Translations under genes and position numbers: made by a program
IMG/VR virus record: IMGVR_UViG_3300038829_000263
Span: 70,111-134,110 of that record
Direction: 5' to 3' (one strand)
From: a virus
Length of the DNA stretch: 64,000 nt
In this document: one piece after another, positions 44,409 through 54,046 of the stretch
Layout: every line of letters begins with the position of its first letter
How positions within the stretch are numbered: the first letter of the stretch is position 1
The notes under the pieces: model-generated
Told to the model about the DNA's origin: nothing
The model's input: only the letters and a program-made list of their open reading frames with translations
The model's database searches: none

Positions 44409-47400
44409 ATGCCCGGACCCGGCATTGACATTCGGCTGTTCGACCTCACCGTCTACGCGCCGCAGATCAGCGACGCGATCGTGGGCTGCGTCGGGCCGGC
44501 CACGAAGGGTCCCACGAACCAGCTCATCGACATGACCGACGAGGGGAACTTCGTCAGCACGTTCGGGCGGCCCGCGGACAACATGTACTCCCAGCGGGCC
44601 TGCCTCCGCTACTTCCGCCGGGGCAACCAGCTCAAGTACGCCCGCATCGCCGGCCGGAACCTGGCCACGGCGCGGATCATGCTCCTGGACGCGACCGGGC
44701 GGCAGGACATCCTGCTCGTCGAGGCCATCACCGCGGGCTCCTGGGCGAACCTGGCGCAGCTCGAGCTCGCCGTGACCCACAACGGGACGCCGGCGACCTC
44801 CTACAACCTCTTCGTCTACTTCCTGGGCCAGCTCGTCGAGAGCTTCCTCGTCATGGACAACGGCATCGTCGTCTCCCGCGTGAACAACGGGTCGACGCGC
44901 ATCCGGGTCACCCTCCAGCCCGGCGCCGGGGTCACGGTCCCTGCGGCGACGATCGACCCCCTCACGGGCGAGGTCGCGCGCCTGTCCTTCACGGGCGGCG
45001 ACGACGGCGCCTTCGCGAAGACGGACAGTGAGTTCAGCTCGACGGGCGGCTTCGCCGGGGACCGCTTCCACGGCAAGATGGACTCCGTCGGCGGCTCTCG
45101 CATCTTCGAGAACATCCTCACGATCACGGGGCCTCTGGCCTCGAAGCCCATCATCTACGGCACCGTCGGCCACGCCGTCGTCCCGGGCACGTTCTCGATC
45201 CGCGTCCAGACCGCCGTCGGCCCGGGGTTCGTCGAGCTGGCCGACAACGGCAACCTGACCTACGGCTCGGGCGGCGCCGGCCTGGGCCTCCTCTCGCCCT
45301 CGGCCGGCGCCCACGTCGGCTTCATCGATTACCGCACGGGCAACTGGGGCGTGAAGCTCATCGGCGGCGCGACGACCTTCCTCAACGGGACCGTGGATGG
45401 CATCTGGATCCGGGCGAACACGGAGTCGGTCGGCGCCACGGCCGCGGGCGTGGCCTCCTACGCCGGCACGCTGGGCTCGGGCCCGGCGGGCGTCGGCTTC
45501 TACAACGCGAACAAGTTCATGCTGAGCGTGCCGATCGACGAGGTCATCGGCACCGACGCCGCGGGTGGGGCCGCCTCCTCCAACGCGACGGCCGGGCTCA
45601 AGGCCCTGGCCGGGTGGATCATCCCCGGCACGGTCGTGCTCTCGGTCAGCCACGCGACCCTGCCCGTCCCGAACCCGGTCTACGACGATGGCTTCGGCGG
45701 CTTCCGCACCCAGCCGAACGGCGGCGGCTCGGCCCTGACCGGCGCCATCAACTACCGGACGGGCGTGTGGTCCGTGACCTGGGATCCCCTGGGCTCGCCC
45801 GTCCCGGCCGGCGGCTCCCTGGCGGCCGAGTACGCCATCCAGATCATCGACATGGGCGGCGGCCCCGTCCCCGGCCCGACGGGCCTGTGGGTCGCGAACG
45901 AGACCGTGCAGCCCTCCGACGCGGGCGGCGACGGCTCGGCGGCCTCGACCGACCCGGGCGCGAGCCCGATCGTGGGGCCGATCAAGCGCAACACGGTCCA
46001 CATCGACATCAGCGCGACCTCGGCCGGCCCCTTCCGCGCCTATGACAACGGCGTGGGCGGGTGGCTGACGCGGCCGCGTGGGGCCCCGGACGCCGTGGCC
46101 GTCGTGGGCGCCATCGACTACGACACGGGCGCCTGGTCGATCACCATCCCGGCCGGCACGATCACGGCCACCGCGAACATCCAGGTGAGCTACGCCTCGG
46201 CACTCGAGGAGCAGGCCCGGCGCACCCTGCGCGGGACCGGCGCCGAGCTCCTGGCCGCGGGCACGCCGCTCCTCGCGGGCGGCAACCCGGTGGGCGTCGT
46301 CTACGACGACCCCGCGACCGCGAACGAGTTCAACGGGTCGACCTTCCTCGACCACGTGACGGGCGAGTTCGCCCTCAAGCTGAACCTGCTCCCCCTGGGG
46401 GCGGGCATCCAGAGCTTCGACGTGCAGGACAACGGGACCCTGACCGCGGTGTACGCGCCGGCCTCGATCCTGGGCTTCGGAGACGGCACCCAGACCGCGT
46501 TCGTGGGCGACCTGGAGCCCGCGCCCTTCCGGCGCAACGCGAACCGTCTCCTCGGCTTCCAGGGCGCGCAGGCGTCCATCGCGGGCGCCGGCGAGCCCCA
46601 GGTCACGTTCGCGACCCTCGGCCTGACCGACCAGGACGACCACTGGACCCAGAACGTCGTCGTCCCCTCCGATCCGGACAACTTCCTCAACTACAGGACG
46701 GGACTCGCCGGCATCCAGTGGACCGGCGCCCCGCTGGCGGATGAGGCCGTGTTCGTCATCGCGGAGGAGACCGTACTCGACGCCGTCGCGAAGTATCCGG
46801 GCGACATCGGCAACGAGCGCGAAGTGCTGACCGATGGCTTCTACGTGCTCCTCGGCGCCGACCCGACCGTGGCGGGGACCTTCCGCCTCCAGGTGCTGTT
46901 CAACAGCGTCGTTCAGGAGTCCTTCGGCCAGGCCGAGACCATCCAGGAGCTCGTGGACAAGGTGAACGACGAGGTCAACGGCTCCCGCCTCGTGACCGTC
47001 GTCGCGCGCGATGCCGCGCTCTACATCCCGCCCGACGTGGCCGCGGACCAGACCTCGGGCCTCTCGGGGGCCTTCACCATGGCCGACGTGATCGGCGCCA
47101 AGGTCGGCCAGGTCTACACGGGCCTCCAGCTCTTCGCGAACGACGAAGTGGTGCCCGTGAACTGGCTGATGATCCCCGGGCAGTGGCACCGCCAGATCAT
47201 CACGGCGCTGCAGTCCCTGTGCGAGAAGAAGGGCCGGCGCGCGATGGCCGTCGTCCCGGCGCCCGACTCGCTCGACCCGTTCGAGCACCGGGACTTCTTC
47301 AACGGCCACTTCAAGGCCACGAGCCCGGGCGGCCCGGCGGTCCCGACCGTCATCGTCCCCTTCCCGCCCCAGGCGGAGATCAACTCGTCCCAGCTCGCGA

Positions 47401-48035
47401 CGATCGTGCCCTGGGTGACCTACTTCGACCAGTACAGCGCCAAGGACGTGACGGAGCCGGCCGACGGCGAGATGGCGAACCTCATCGCCAACACGCCGGC
47501 GCCTTGGTTCCCCGTCGCCGGCCTCCGGCGCGGCCGCGTCCTCGTCGATGCCCTGCGCTACTCGGCCTCGCGTGAGGACCGTGACCTGCTCTACGGGCCC
47601 GTCGGCCTGACGACCGAGGTCGTGAACCCGATCATCAGGAAGGAAGGCCGGGGCCTCGTCCTCTACGGCCAGCGCACGACCCAGCGCCAGCCGTCGAAGC
47701 TCGACCGCATCAACGTGCGGTGGACCGTCAACGTCATCATGAACATCCTGGACCTCGTCTCCCAGGACTTCATCTTCGAGCTCAACGACCCGATCCTGTG
47801 GCGCGAGATGAGCCAGGCCCTGAACCAGACGCTCAAGCCGATCGTGGCGCGTCGGGGCCTGCAGGACGCGTTCGTGCTCGTCGACGGGACGACCACCACG
47901 CCGGACGACATCGACCGGCTGACCGTCCGCGCGAAGCTGTTCATCAAGCCGCAGAGCGCGGCCGAGTTCATCGAGTACGACCTGATCCTCACCCCTTCGG
48001 GCGCAGACTTCGCAGATATCGTGGTCGCAGGATAG
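44409..48035 (+). CDS. Tail sheath protein with large modular insertions
   Basis: MPGPGI..DLT.Y, G.ATKGP, FGRP, PWFP.AG..RG, LYGQRT, LDRINVR, FELND and KP..AAEFI motifs. Confidence 0.95.
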   Translation: MPGPGIDIRLFDLTVYAPQISDAIVGCVGPATKGPTNQLIDMTDEGNFVSTFGRPADNMYSQRACLRYFRRGNQLKYARIAGRNLATARIMLLDATGRQDILLVEAITAGSWANLAQLELAVTHNGTPATSYNLFVYFLGQLVESFLVMDNGIVVSRVNNGSTRIRVTLQPGAGVTVPAATIDPLTGEVARLSFTGGDDGAFAKTDSEFSSTGGFAGDRFHGKMDSVGGSRIFENILTITGPLASKPIIYGTVGHAVVPGTFSIRVQTAVGPGFVELADNGNLTYGSGGAGLGLLSPSAGAHVGFIDYRTGNWGVKLIGGATTFLNGTVDGIWIRANTESVGATAAGVASYAGTLGSGPAGVGFYNANKFMLSVPIDEVIGTDAAGGAASSNATAGLKALAGWIIPGTVVLSVSHATLPVPNPVYDDGFGGFRTQPNGGGSALTGAINYRTGVWSVTWDPLGSPVPAGGSLAAEYAIQIIDMGGGPVPGPTGLWVANETVQPSDAGGDGSAASTDPGASPIVGPIKRNTVHIDISATSAGPFRAYDNGVGGWLTRPRGAPDAVAVVGAIDYDTGAWSITIPAGTITATANIQVSYASALEEQARRTLRGTGAELLAAGTPLLAGGNPVGVVYDDPATANEFNGSTFLDHVTGEFALKLNLLPLGAGIQSFDVQDNGTLTAVYAPASILGFGDGTQTAFVGDLEPAPFRRNANRLLGFQGAQASIAGAGEPQVTFATLGLTDQDDHWTQNVVVPSDPDNFLNYRTGLAGIQWTGAPLADEAVFVIAEETVLDAVAKYPGDIGNEREVLTDGFYVLLGADPTVAGTFRLQVLFNSVVQESFGQAETIQELVDKVNDEVNGSRLVTVVARDAALYIPPDVAADQTSGLSGAFTMADVIGAKVGQVYTGLQLFANDEVVPVNWLMIPGQWHRQIITALQSLCEKKGRRAMAVVPAPDSLDPFEHRDFFNGHFKATSPGGPAVPTVIVPFPPQAEINSSQLATIVPWVTYFDQYSAKDVTEPADGEMANLIANTPAPWFPVAGLRRGRVLVDALRYSASREDRDLLYGPVGLTTEVVNPIIRKEGRGLVLYGQRTTQRQPSKLDRINVRWTVNVIMNILDLVSQDFIFELNDPILWREMSQALNQTLKPIVARRGLQDAFVLVDGTTTTPDDIDRLTVRAKLFIKPQSAAEFIEYDLILTPSGADFADIVVAG

Positions 48036-48070
48036 GTTACACCGTGAATTGGGGCACCGCAAGTCTGGGT

Positions 48071-48805
48071 CTACTGCTGGCCGTAGCGGCCCTTGCCGCT
48101 CACGACTCGGTAGACCGTCTCCCAGCACAGGCCGTGCGCCTCGCCGAGGGCCGCGTAGGTCGTGGTGCCGCCCGCGTACTCCTCGCGCAGGAGGGCGGCC
48201 AGCTCGAGTGTGACCTTCTTCGCGCGTCGCTTGTCGGCGTGGCGCTTCCTGGCCACGGCCGCGGAGAGCGCCTCGCGGTCGACGGGGAGATGCGGCCAGG
48301 TCTCGCCCGTCACCAGGCGGTGCACGAGCATGTAGCCCAGGCCGCGCGCCTGGGCGATCTCGGCCGTGGTAGCGGGAGTGGTGACGAACTCCTGCAGGAT
48401 CGCCAGGGCCTCGGGCTCTGTGAGCTGGGCCCCGGCGTTCTTCTCGCCGCGCGCCGGGCGCAGAAGGCCGTCGGCGGCTGCCTTCCTGGCGTTCTCCAGG
48501 TCGGTACAGTACTCGAGGTTGTCGGCCCTGTTGTCTGCCTTGTCGTTGTTCTTATGCCCGACCTCGTGGTCCGGCGGGCATGGGCCGATGAAGGCGGCAG
48601 CGACGAGTTGATGCACACGGCGCGTGTCGCGGACGCCGTCAGTCATCAGGGAAACGCGCCGGTAGCCTTTCCGGTCAGGACTGGTGGCCAGGATCCGGCC
48701 GGCCTTCGCGTTCCCTGTTCCGCCCAGGTCGCGACGCACCCGGCCCAGGTTCGACACCGAGTAGACCCCTTCGTATCCTGGGACGGGTCGCCACTCTTCA
48801 TCCAC
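48071..48805 (-). CDS. Free-standing NUMOD4-HNH homing endonuclease
   Basis: EEWRPVPGYEGVYSVSNLGRVR; VHQLVAAAF...HKNNDKADNRADNLEY..N. Confidence 0.92.
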   Translation of the reverse strand: MDEEWRPVPGYEGVYSVSNLGRVRRDLGGTGNAKAGRILATSPDRKGYRRVSLMTDGVRDTRRVHQLVAAAFIGPCPPDHEVGHKNNDKADNRADNLEYCTDLENARKAAADGLLRPARGEKNAGAQLTEPEALAILQEFVTTPATTAEIAQARGLGYMLVHRLVTGETWPHLPVDREALSAAVARKRHADKRRAKKVTLELAALLREEYAGGTTTYAALGEAHGLCWETVYRVVSGKGRYGQQ

Positions 48806-48870
48806 GGCGGGCCTCTTTCGGCCCGCATGCTAGGTCACGGAGCCGGCAAGAGCCGATAGGAGCTGATCGC

Positions 48871-49422
48871 ATGGCCTCGCCCTACAACTACGCCGGTCTC
48901 CACATCGCCCAGGCGGGGGCGGTGTTCGATGTCCAGCACAAGAACATGGGCATCCTGGAGCTTGCCATCGACAAGCTCGTGCCCGGCGCGAAGGAGCCGC
49001 TCATCCTCGCGCTCGAGGACTTCAACATCCCCGGGCGCAAGATCGGGACGGGCAACCTGCCCTACCTGAACGGCAACTCGCAGTACCTGACGCGCCCCGA
49101 GCCGATGGAGAAGATCAGCATCACGTTCCGCGACTTCCCGCAGGTCGGGATCCGCGGGATCCTCCACCGATGGTTCTCCAGGGCCTACGACGAGGAGACG
49201 GGCCTCGCCCTCCCCTCGGGCCTGCTCAAGTGCGATGGCTTCGTCGTCCTCTTCCAGACGGACGCCACGGCCGAACGCACCGCGCGCCTGGAGGGCCTCA
49301 TGCCGACCGACGAGCCGCCCATCGAGGTGAGCTACGGCGACGGCGCGCACATGGTGATGAAGGTCAACCTGTCGGTCGACAGGATCATCTGGGAGCCGAG
49401 CCTGTTCAACCCGGTCAGCTAA
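48871..49422 (+). CDS. Tail tube protein (T4 gp19-like)
   Basis: 183 aa, after the sheath; P.R......YLNG, ISITFRD, W...YDEETG and LSVDR motifs. Confidence 0.85.
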   Translation: MASPYNYAGLHIAQAGAVFDVQHKNMGILELAIDKLVPGAKEPLILALEDFNIPGRKIGTGNLPYLNGNSQYLTRPEPMEKISITFRDFPQVGIRGILHRWFSRAYDEETGLALPSGLLKCDGFVVLFQTDATAERTARLEGLMPTDEPPIEVSYGDGAHMVMKVNLSVDRIIWEPSLFNPVS

Positions 49423-49467
49423 CCGGGCGGGCCTCGGCCGTAACAACCTGAGAACGGAGATACAGCC

Positions 49468-50568
49468 ATGACGGGTGAGGCGGACACCCTGATGGGCGGT
49501 GGTGGAGCGCCCTTGCCTCTCGGTGCGAGGGCCCTCCAGGCCGCGGCAGCGGCCCGGGCGACCCGAGCGGCCGGCGCGGCGTCTGGGGGAGTAACCCCGG
49601 GCGTCGCGCCGGCCACGCCTGCCGGGCCCCCTGACCCCCTGGCGCGGCCCTACCAGCTTCCCTCGCGTGGGATCGCGCTGTTCTACCCCGAGGCACCGGG
49701 GTGGGACGGGACGGTGCTCATCGCCCCGACGCGCGGCGAAGAGGAGGAGTTGCTGGGCGGCGCCTCGGCCGACAAGGGCGCGAAGCTCGCCGTGATCCGG
49801 CAACTCACCCAGCAGCTCGTCCGGCCGACACATCCGGCCGTGCCCCTCTCGCGCCTGACGCTCCAGGACTGGATGGCGGCCTCCATCCACTTCCTGGCCA
49901 TCTCGCGCGGGACGGACCAGGTGGGCCTGCGGCCGACGCATGAGCGTCCGCTGGGGTGCGGGCAGGCGTCGGACCAGACCCGCGCCCTCGCGGCGCTCTC
50001 CTGCACGGTCCTGCGCGTCGCCGAGGGCGCGGAGACCCCCAACTGGCCGGACGTGCTCGTTGACGGCGAGGAGGCCGTGCTCCGCGAGATGGCAGAGGAG
50101 GAGACGGAGGCCCAGGGCGACGGCAAGACGACCGAGCGCCTCGTGCCGGCGACAGTGACCGAGCCCTTCCATGCGACCGTCGCCGACACGCTCATCGCCT
50201 GGCGCATGCTGCGCGTCGACGACATGCGCCAGGGCGAGGAGTTCATCGCCAGGACGGGCGATGCCCAGACGAAGCCTGGCTCGCCCTTCTACAACTTCAT
50301 GCTCTCGCGTCAGATCGTGGGCATCGGCAACCGGCCGGTGAGCACGATCGAGGCGCTGCAGTGGGTCCGGCGGACGCCCAGCTACGAGCTGGACGAGCTC
50401 CGCGAGGCGATCGACCTGCATCGCCTGGGCTACAACATGCAGCCCCGCTTCCGCTGCCCGCACTGTGGAGGGTCCTGGCGCGTCAAGCTCCCGCTTGACG
50501 CCTCGCTCTTTCGTCGCGGACGTGCTCGTGCCAGGGGACGGCCTGGTGTTCCTGGAAGCCCTCCGTAG
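49468..50568 (+). CDS. Tail/baseplate hub assembly chaperone (T4 gp26-like)
   Basis: LPSRG..Y, EEELL, C-terminal CPHCG...LP...LFR; lies between tube and tape measure. Confidence 0.72.
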   Translation: MTGEADTLMGGGGAPLPLGARALQAAAAARATRAAGAASGGVTPGVAPATPAGPPDPLARPYQLPSRGIALFYPEAPGWDGTVLIAPTRGEEEELLGGASADKGAKLAVIRQLTQQLVRPTHPAVPLSRLTLQDWMAASIHFLAISRGTDQVGLRPTHERPLGCGQASDQTRALAALSCTVLRVAEGAETPNWPDVLVDGEEAVLREMAEEETEAQGDGKTTERLVPATVTEPFHATVADTLIAWRMLRVDDMRQGEEFIARTGDAQTKPGSPFYNFMLSRQIVGIGNRPVSTIEALQWVRRTPSYELDELREAIDLHRLGYNMQPRFRCPHCGGSWRVKLPLDASLFRRGRARARGRPGVPGSPP

Positions 50569-50749
50569 GCAACGCTGGACCCTGCACAAGCTCGGCGTGC
50601 GGTACGCCGACTGGAGGTTGATGACAAGGTGGCAGCGGGTCGACATGCTCCGGCGCCATGGGGCGGACCTGGAGAAAGACCTGCTCAAGGCGGGAGAGGG
50701 CCTCGGGCCGCTCCTGGGCGTGCTGGCGGGGCGGATCCTGGGCATGTGA
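50510..50749 (+). CDS. +1-frame extension of the chaperone (gp51/gpT-like), probably reached by frameshift
   Basis: GC3-biased +1 frame after TTT CGT; L..LGV.Y.DW..M...QR..M pattern; ends 8 nt before the tape measure start. Confidence 0.6.
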   Translation, partial: FVADVLVPGDGLVFLEALRRQRWTLHKLGVRYADWRLMTRWQRVDMLRRHGADLEKDLLKAGEGLGPLLGVLAGRILGM

Positions 50750-50757
50750 GGTAGTGG

Positions 50758-52749
50758 GTGGCTGACGGCCTGGAAAACTCGCTGACGTTCTTCCTGGAGG
50801 CCGAAGACCTGGCCTCGGGACTCGTCACGGACGCCCAGGCCGCGATGGACGCCAGCGCCGAGGGGGTGGAGAACACCCTGCTCGACCTCACGACCTCGCT
50901 CGAGGAGGCCACGGGCGTCATCGACGAGGGCGCGGCTGACGTGGCGCTGGGCGTCGGCCAGATCGCGGCTGGGTTCCAGGAGGCGCTGACGCTGGCCCTG
51001 GCCGGCATCGACGACATCACCGAGACGACGCTCGACCTCGTGGAGGCCACGGACGACAACAGGGACTCCCTGGGCGCCATGAACCTGCTCCTGGGGGAGA
51101 CGACCGAGCAGGTGATGGTCGCGGAGGAGGTCACCGAGCAGTGGACCCTCACGCTGGGCGCCCTGGGCACGGCCGGCGTGGCGGGCGTCTCGGCCGTCGC
51201 GGGCGCCGTGACCGGCCTCGGCAAGGGCCTCGTGTCGGCCGGCAACACTCTGGACAACTTCGGCAGCCGCGCCGGCGCCCTGGGAGGGATCGTCAAGACC
51301 GTCAGTACTCTCGTGACCGGCCTGGGCGCCACGCTGGGCGGGGCGGGGCTCGTCGGGTTCCTCCTCGGGCCCCTGGCACCGATCCTCGGCCTTCTGACGC
51401 CCATCTTCGACTTCCTGATGGAACAGCTCGCGCCGGTGTTCGACATCATCGGCGCCGCGATCGAGAACGCCTTCGCGCCGTTCCAGTTCATTCTGGAGAC
51501 GGTGATGCAGTCCTTGATGCCCGTGATCCAGGACGCGTTGAACCCACTCGTCGGCATCCTCACGGCTATGGCCATCCAGGTCGGGGCGATGCTCCAGAAC
51601 CTGCGCCTGGGCGACGGCGGCTTCATCGCCTCCATCGTGGAGACGATGGCCGAGCTTGTGCCCGTCGTGATGCGGGTCGTGCAGGCCCTGGCCGAGGCCG
51701 CCCAGCGCGTGCTCCCGGCGATCGGCAAGATGGTCACGGCGTTCCTGCCCGTCGTCGTGAAGCTCGTGGAGATCCTGGCGGATGCCTTCATCGGCCGGAT
51801 CGAGGCGTTCACGGACGTCATCGTCGAGGTCGGCCCCCTCCTGGCCACGACCTTCGCCGACCTCCTGATGGCGCTCATCCCGCTGATCGAGCCCCTGACG
51901 AAGCTCGGGACCCTGCTCATCAAGCACGTGTTCGCCCCGGCCGTGATCGCGGCCGTCCAGCTCCTCGCAGCCGGGATCCAGGCTCTGACGCCGGTCATCG
52001 AGGAAGTCTCGTCCGTCCTGGGGGCCCTCGTCGAGATGGTCAACGAGGCCCTGGCGGACTTCTTCGGGCCCAAGCTCGGGAAGTACGTCTCGGACTTCAA
52101 CGTCCTGTTCATCGAGCCGATCAAGGCCGCCGTGCAGGGCGTGATCGACTACGCCACGCAACTCGTCAACGTGTTCCGGATGGAGGGCGTGTTCGAGGGC
52201 GTGAAGAAGATCGTCGTCGACTACTTCGGGTTCCTGGGGAGCGCCATCACCAAGATCCTGGAGCTCGTCGGCCTGGCCGAGGAGAAGGCCGAGGGGGAAG
52301 GCGCTGGCCTGGCGGAGGCCGCCGCGGAGCAGCAGGCGGCGGGTGTCTCGCCCGAGGTCGTGGGCGCGCTCGAGGCCCAGTCGCAGGGTGACCGCGATGA
52401 GTTCAACAAACGCATGCGAGCGCTCAAGGCCAAAGGCGGCGGCCTGGCTGAGGGCGGCATCGCCGTCGAGCCGACGACGCGCCTGTTCGGCGAGGCCGGC
52501 CCGGAGGCCGTGCTGCCGCTCAAGGCGGACGTGATCCAGGAGTTCGTGGCGCCGGTGCTCAAGGACATGGAGCTACCGGGCATGGATGAGGCCGTCGAGC
52601 TCCTGCAAGGGATCCTCGGCGCGCTCCGCGGCACTCTCACTGTCCGCGGCATGGCCGGCGAGGAGCGCGGGCAGGCTTTCCCGGCGCCAGGAAAGCCCGA
52701 GGCGGCGGACGATCGGGGCATCGGCATGCTGGGCTTCGTCGCGGGGTAA
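50758..52749 (+). CDS. Tape measure protein
   Basis: Amphipathic helical repeats, C-terminal LAEGG...GEAGPEAVLPL motif, and position. Confidence 0.88.
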   Translation: MADGLENSLTFFLEAEDLASGLVTDAQAAMDASAEGVENTLLDLTTSLEEATGVIDEGAADVALGVGQIAAGFQEALTLALAGIDDITETTLDLVEATDDNRDSLGAMNLLLGETTEQVMVAEEVTEQWTLTLGALGTAGVAGVSAVAGAVTGLGKGLVSAGNTLDNFGSRAGALGGIVKTVSTLVTGLGATLGGAGLVGFLLGPLAPILGLLTPIFDFLMEQLAPVFDIIGAAIENAFAPFQFILETVMQSLMPVIQDALNPLVGILTAMAIQVGAMLQNLRLGDGGFIASIVETMAELVPVVMRVVQALAEAAQRVLPAIGKMVTAFLPVVVKLVEILADAFIGRIEAFTDVIVEVGPLLATTFADLLMALIPLIEPLTKLGTLLIKHVFAPAVIAAVQLLAAGIQALTPVIEEVSSVLGALVEMVNEALADFFGPKLGKYVSDFNVLFIEPIKAAVQGVIDYATQLVNVFRMEGVFEGVKKIVVDYFGFLGSAITKILELVGLAEEKAEGEGAGLAEAAAEQQAAGVSPEVVGALEAQSQGDRDEFNKRMRALKAKGGGLAEGGIAVEPTTRLFGEAGPEAVLPLKADVIQEFVAPVLKDMELPGMDEAVELLQGILGALRGTLTVRGMAGEERGQAFPAPGKPEAADDRGIGMLGFVAG

Positions 52750-52752
52750 CGC

Positions 52753-53694
52753 ATGGCCACACCACCCACAGTCGTTCCTGGCGCGTTCCGGTTCCCCCCG
52801 CGGTCCATCGCTATGACCCCGCCCCCGAAGGGCGCGTCGCCCAAGCAAGCGGGCTCGAACATCCGCGACAACCCGGCGAAGAAGCTCGTCCCCACGGCCT
52901 CCTACAACGACACGTCGATGTGCGCCCTCGTCCTGGAGGACGTGCCGGCGGCCTCGGACGACTCCCGCCTCGTGTTCGAGACCTTCCCCGGCACGCTCGA
53001 GCAGAGCTACTCGCTCAGCCCGTACCGGAAGATCGGCGGCAACCGGATGCCCCAGCCGTCCTTCGCCACCTACCAGGGCGGCGACTGGGGGCCCTTCCCG
53101 CTGACCCTCAAGTTCCGCGCGGCCGAGCGCGTGGCCGTCGACCCGAACAACCTGGCGCCGGCGGACCTGGAGGGCCTGCTCATCGAGATGGAGCGGAAGG
53201 TCAACTGGACGGAGGCCATCTGCTTCCCCCTGGAGCGGGCCAACCTGGAGGCCCAGCGCATCGTGGCGCGCGCCTCGGCCAGCAACGCGGCCTTCCCCTC
53301 GGCGGCCGCGACGGATGCCGCGGCCAAGCTCCGGCGCAACGACCCGCCGTTCATTCTGATCGTCATCGGGTCGTGGCGCACGATCCGTGGGTACTGCACC
53401 AACTGGCGCTGCACCTGGGAGGGCCCCTGGCATCCCATCTCGGCCCGGCCCTACGGGGCCACGGTGAGCATGACCTTCGTCCCGATCATGCCCGAGTACC
53501 CGACCTTCCAGACGATCCGGGACCAGGCCAAGGGGTTCACGGTGGCCTCCCCTGGTGCCTCCCCTGGGCTCGCCGGGCAGGCCGTCCTACGCGCGCAGGC
53601 GGAGCGCGCGGCGACCGCACAGCGGCAGCAGGACAACGCGGCCGCCTTGAACCAGGTCCGTGTCCCGGGCCAGACGACGCTCCCGAACGTGTAG
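52753..53694 (+). CDS. Baseplate tube-initiator protein (gp48/gp54-like)
   Basis: Follows the tape measure; P....SY..Y...GG..P..Y..G and PP...I.IG....RG...W motifs. Confidence 0.65.
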   Translation: MATPPTVVPGAFRFPPRSIAMTPPPKGASPKQAGSNIRDNPAKKLVPTASYNDTSMCALVLEDVPAASDDSRLVFETFPGTLEQSYSLSPYRKIGGNRMPQPSFATYQGGDWGPFPLTLKFRAAERVAVDPNNLAPADLEGLLIEMERKVNWTEAICFPLERANLEAQRIVARASASNAAFPSAAATDAAAKLRRNDPPFILIVIGSWRTIRGYCTNWRCTWEGPWHPISARPYGATVSMTFVPIMPEYPTFQTIRDQAKGFTVASPGASPGLAGQAVLRAQAERAATAQRQQDNAAALNQVRVPGQTTLPNV

Positions 53695-53701
53695 GTGAGA
53701 C

Positions 53702-54046
53702 GTGGCTGACGCGATCGAGCTGGAGCTGCCCTTCACCTCGCCCTACAAGGCGACGCGCCTGTTCATCATCGGCGGCCGCGCCTCGTTCGGCATCTGGCGC
53801 CCGCTCGAGATCACGATGGACGGCGATGAGGAGGAGGTCGCCATCCAGGAAGGCCAGGAAGGGACGTGCGAGTTCGTGGCCGGCATGGTCTACGGTGACC
53901 GCGCCCTCTGGCGCGTGATCGCCCACGCCAATCTGATCGACTTCCCGATGGAGCAGATCGTCCCCGGGACCGTCCTCAAGATCCCCAAGCCCGAGCGCGT
54001 GCGCGCGGCCCTCCTGGCCACTGCGCGGCGGCAGGAGAGCACGTAG
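53702..54046 (+). CDS. LysM-like baseplate protein (gp53/gpX-like)
   Basis: VAG.VYGD..LWRVIA.AN....P...PG..LKIP. Confidence 0.85.
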   Translation: MADAIELELPFTSPYKATRLFIIGGRASFGIWRPLEITMDGDEEEVAIQEGQEGTCEFVAGMVYGDRALWRVIAHANLIDFPMEQIVPGTVLKIPKPERVRAALLATARRQEST

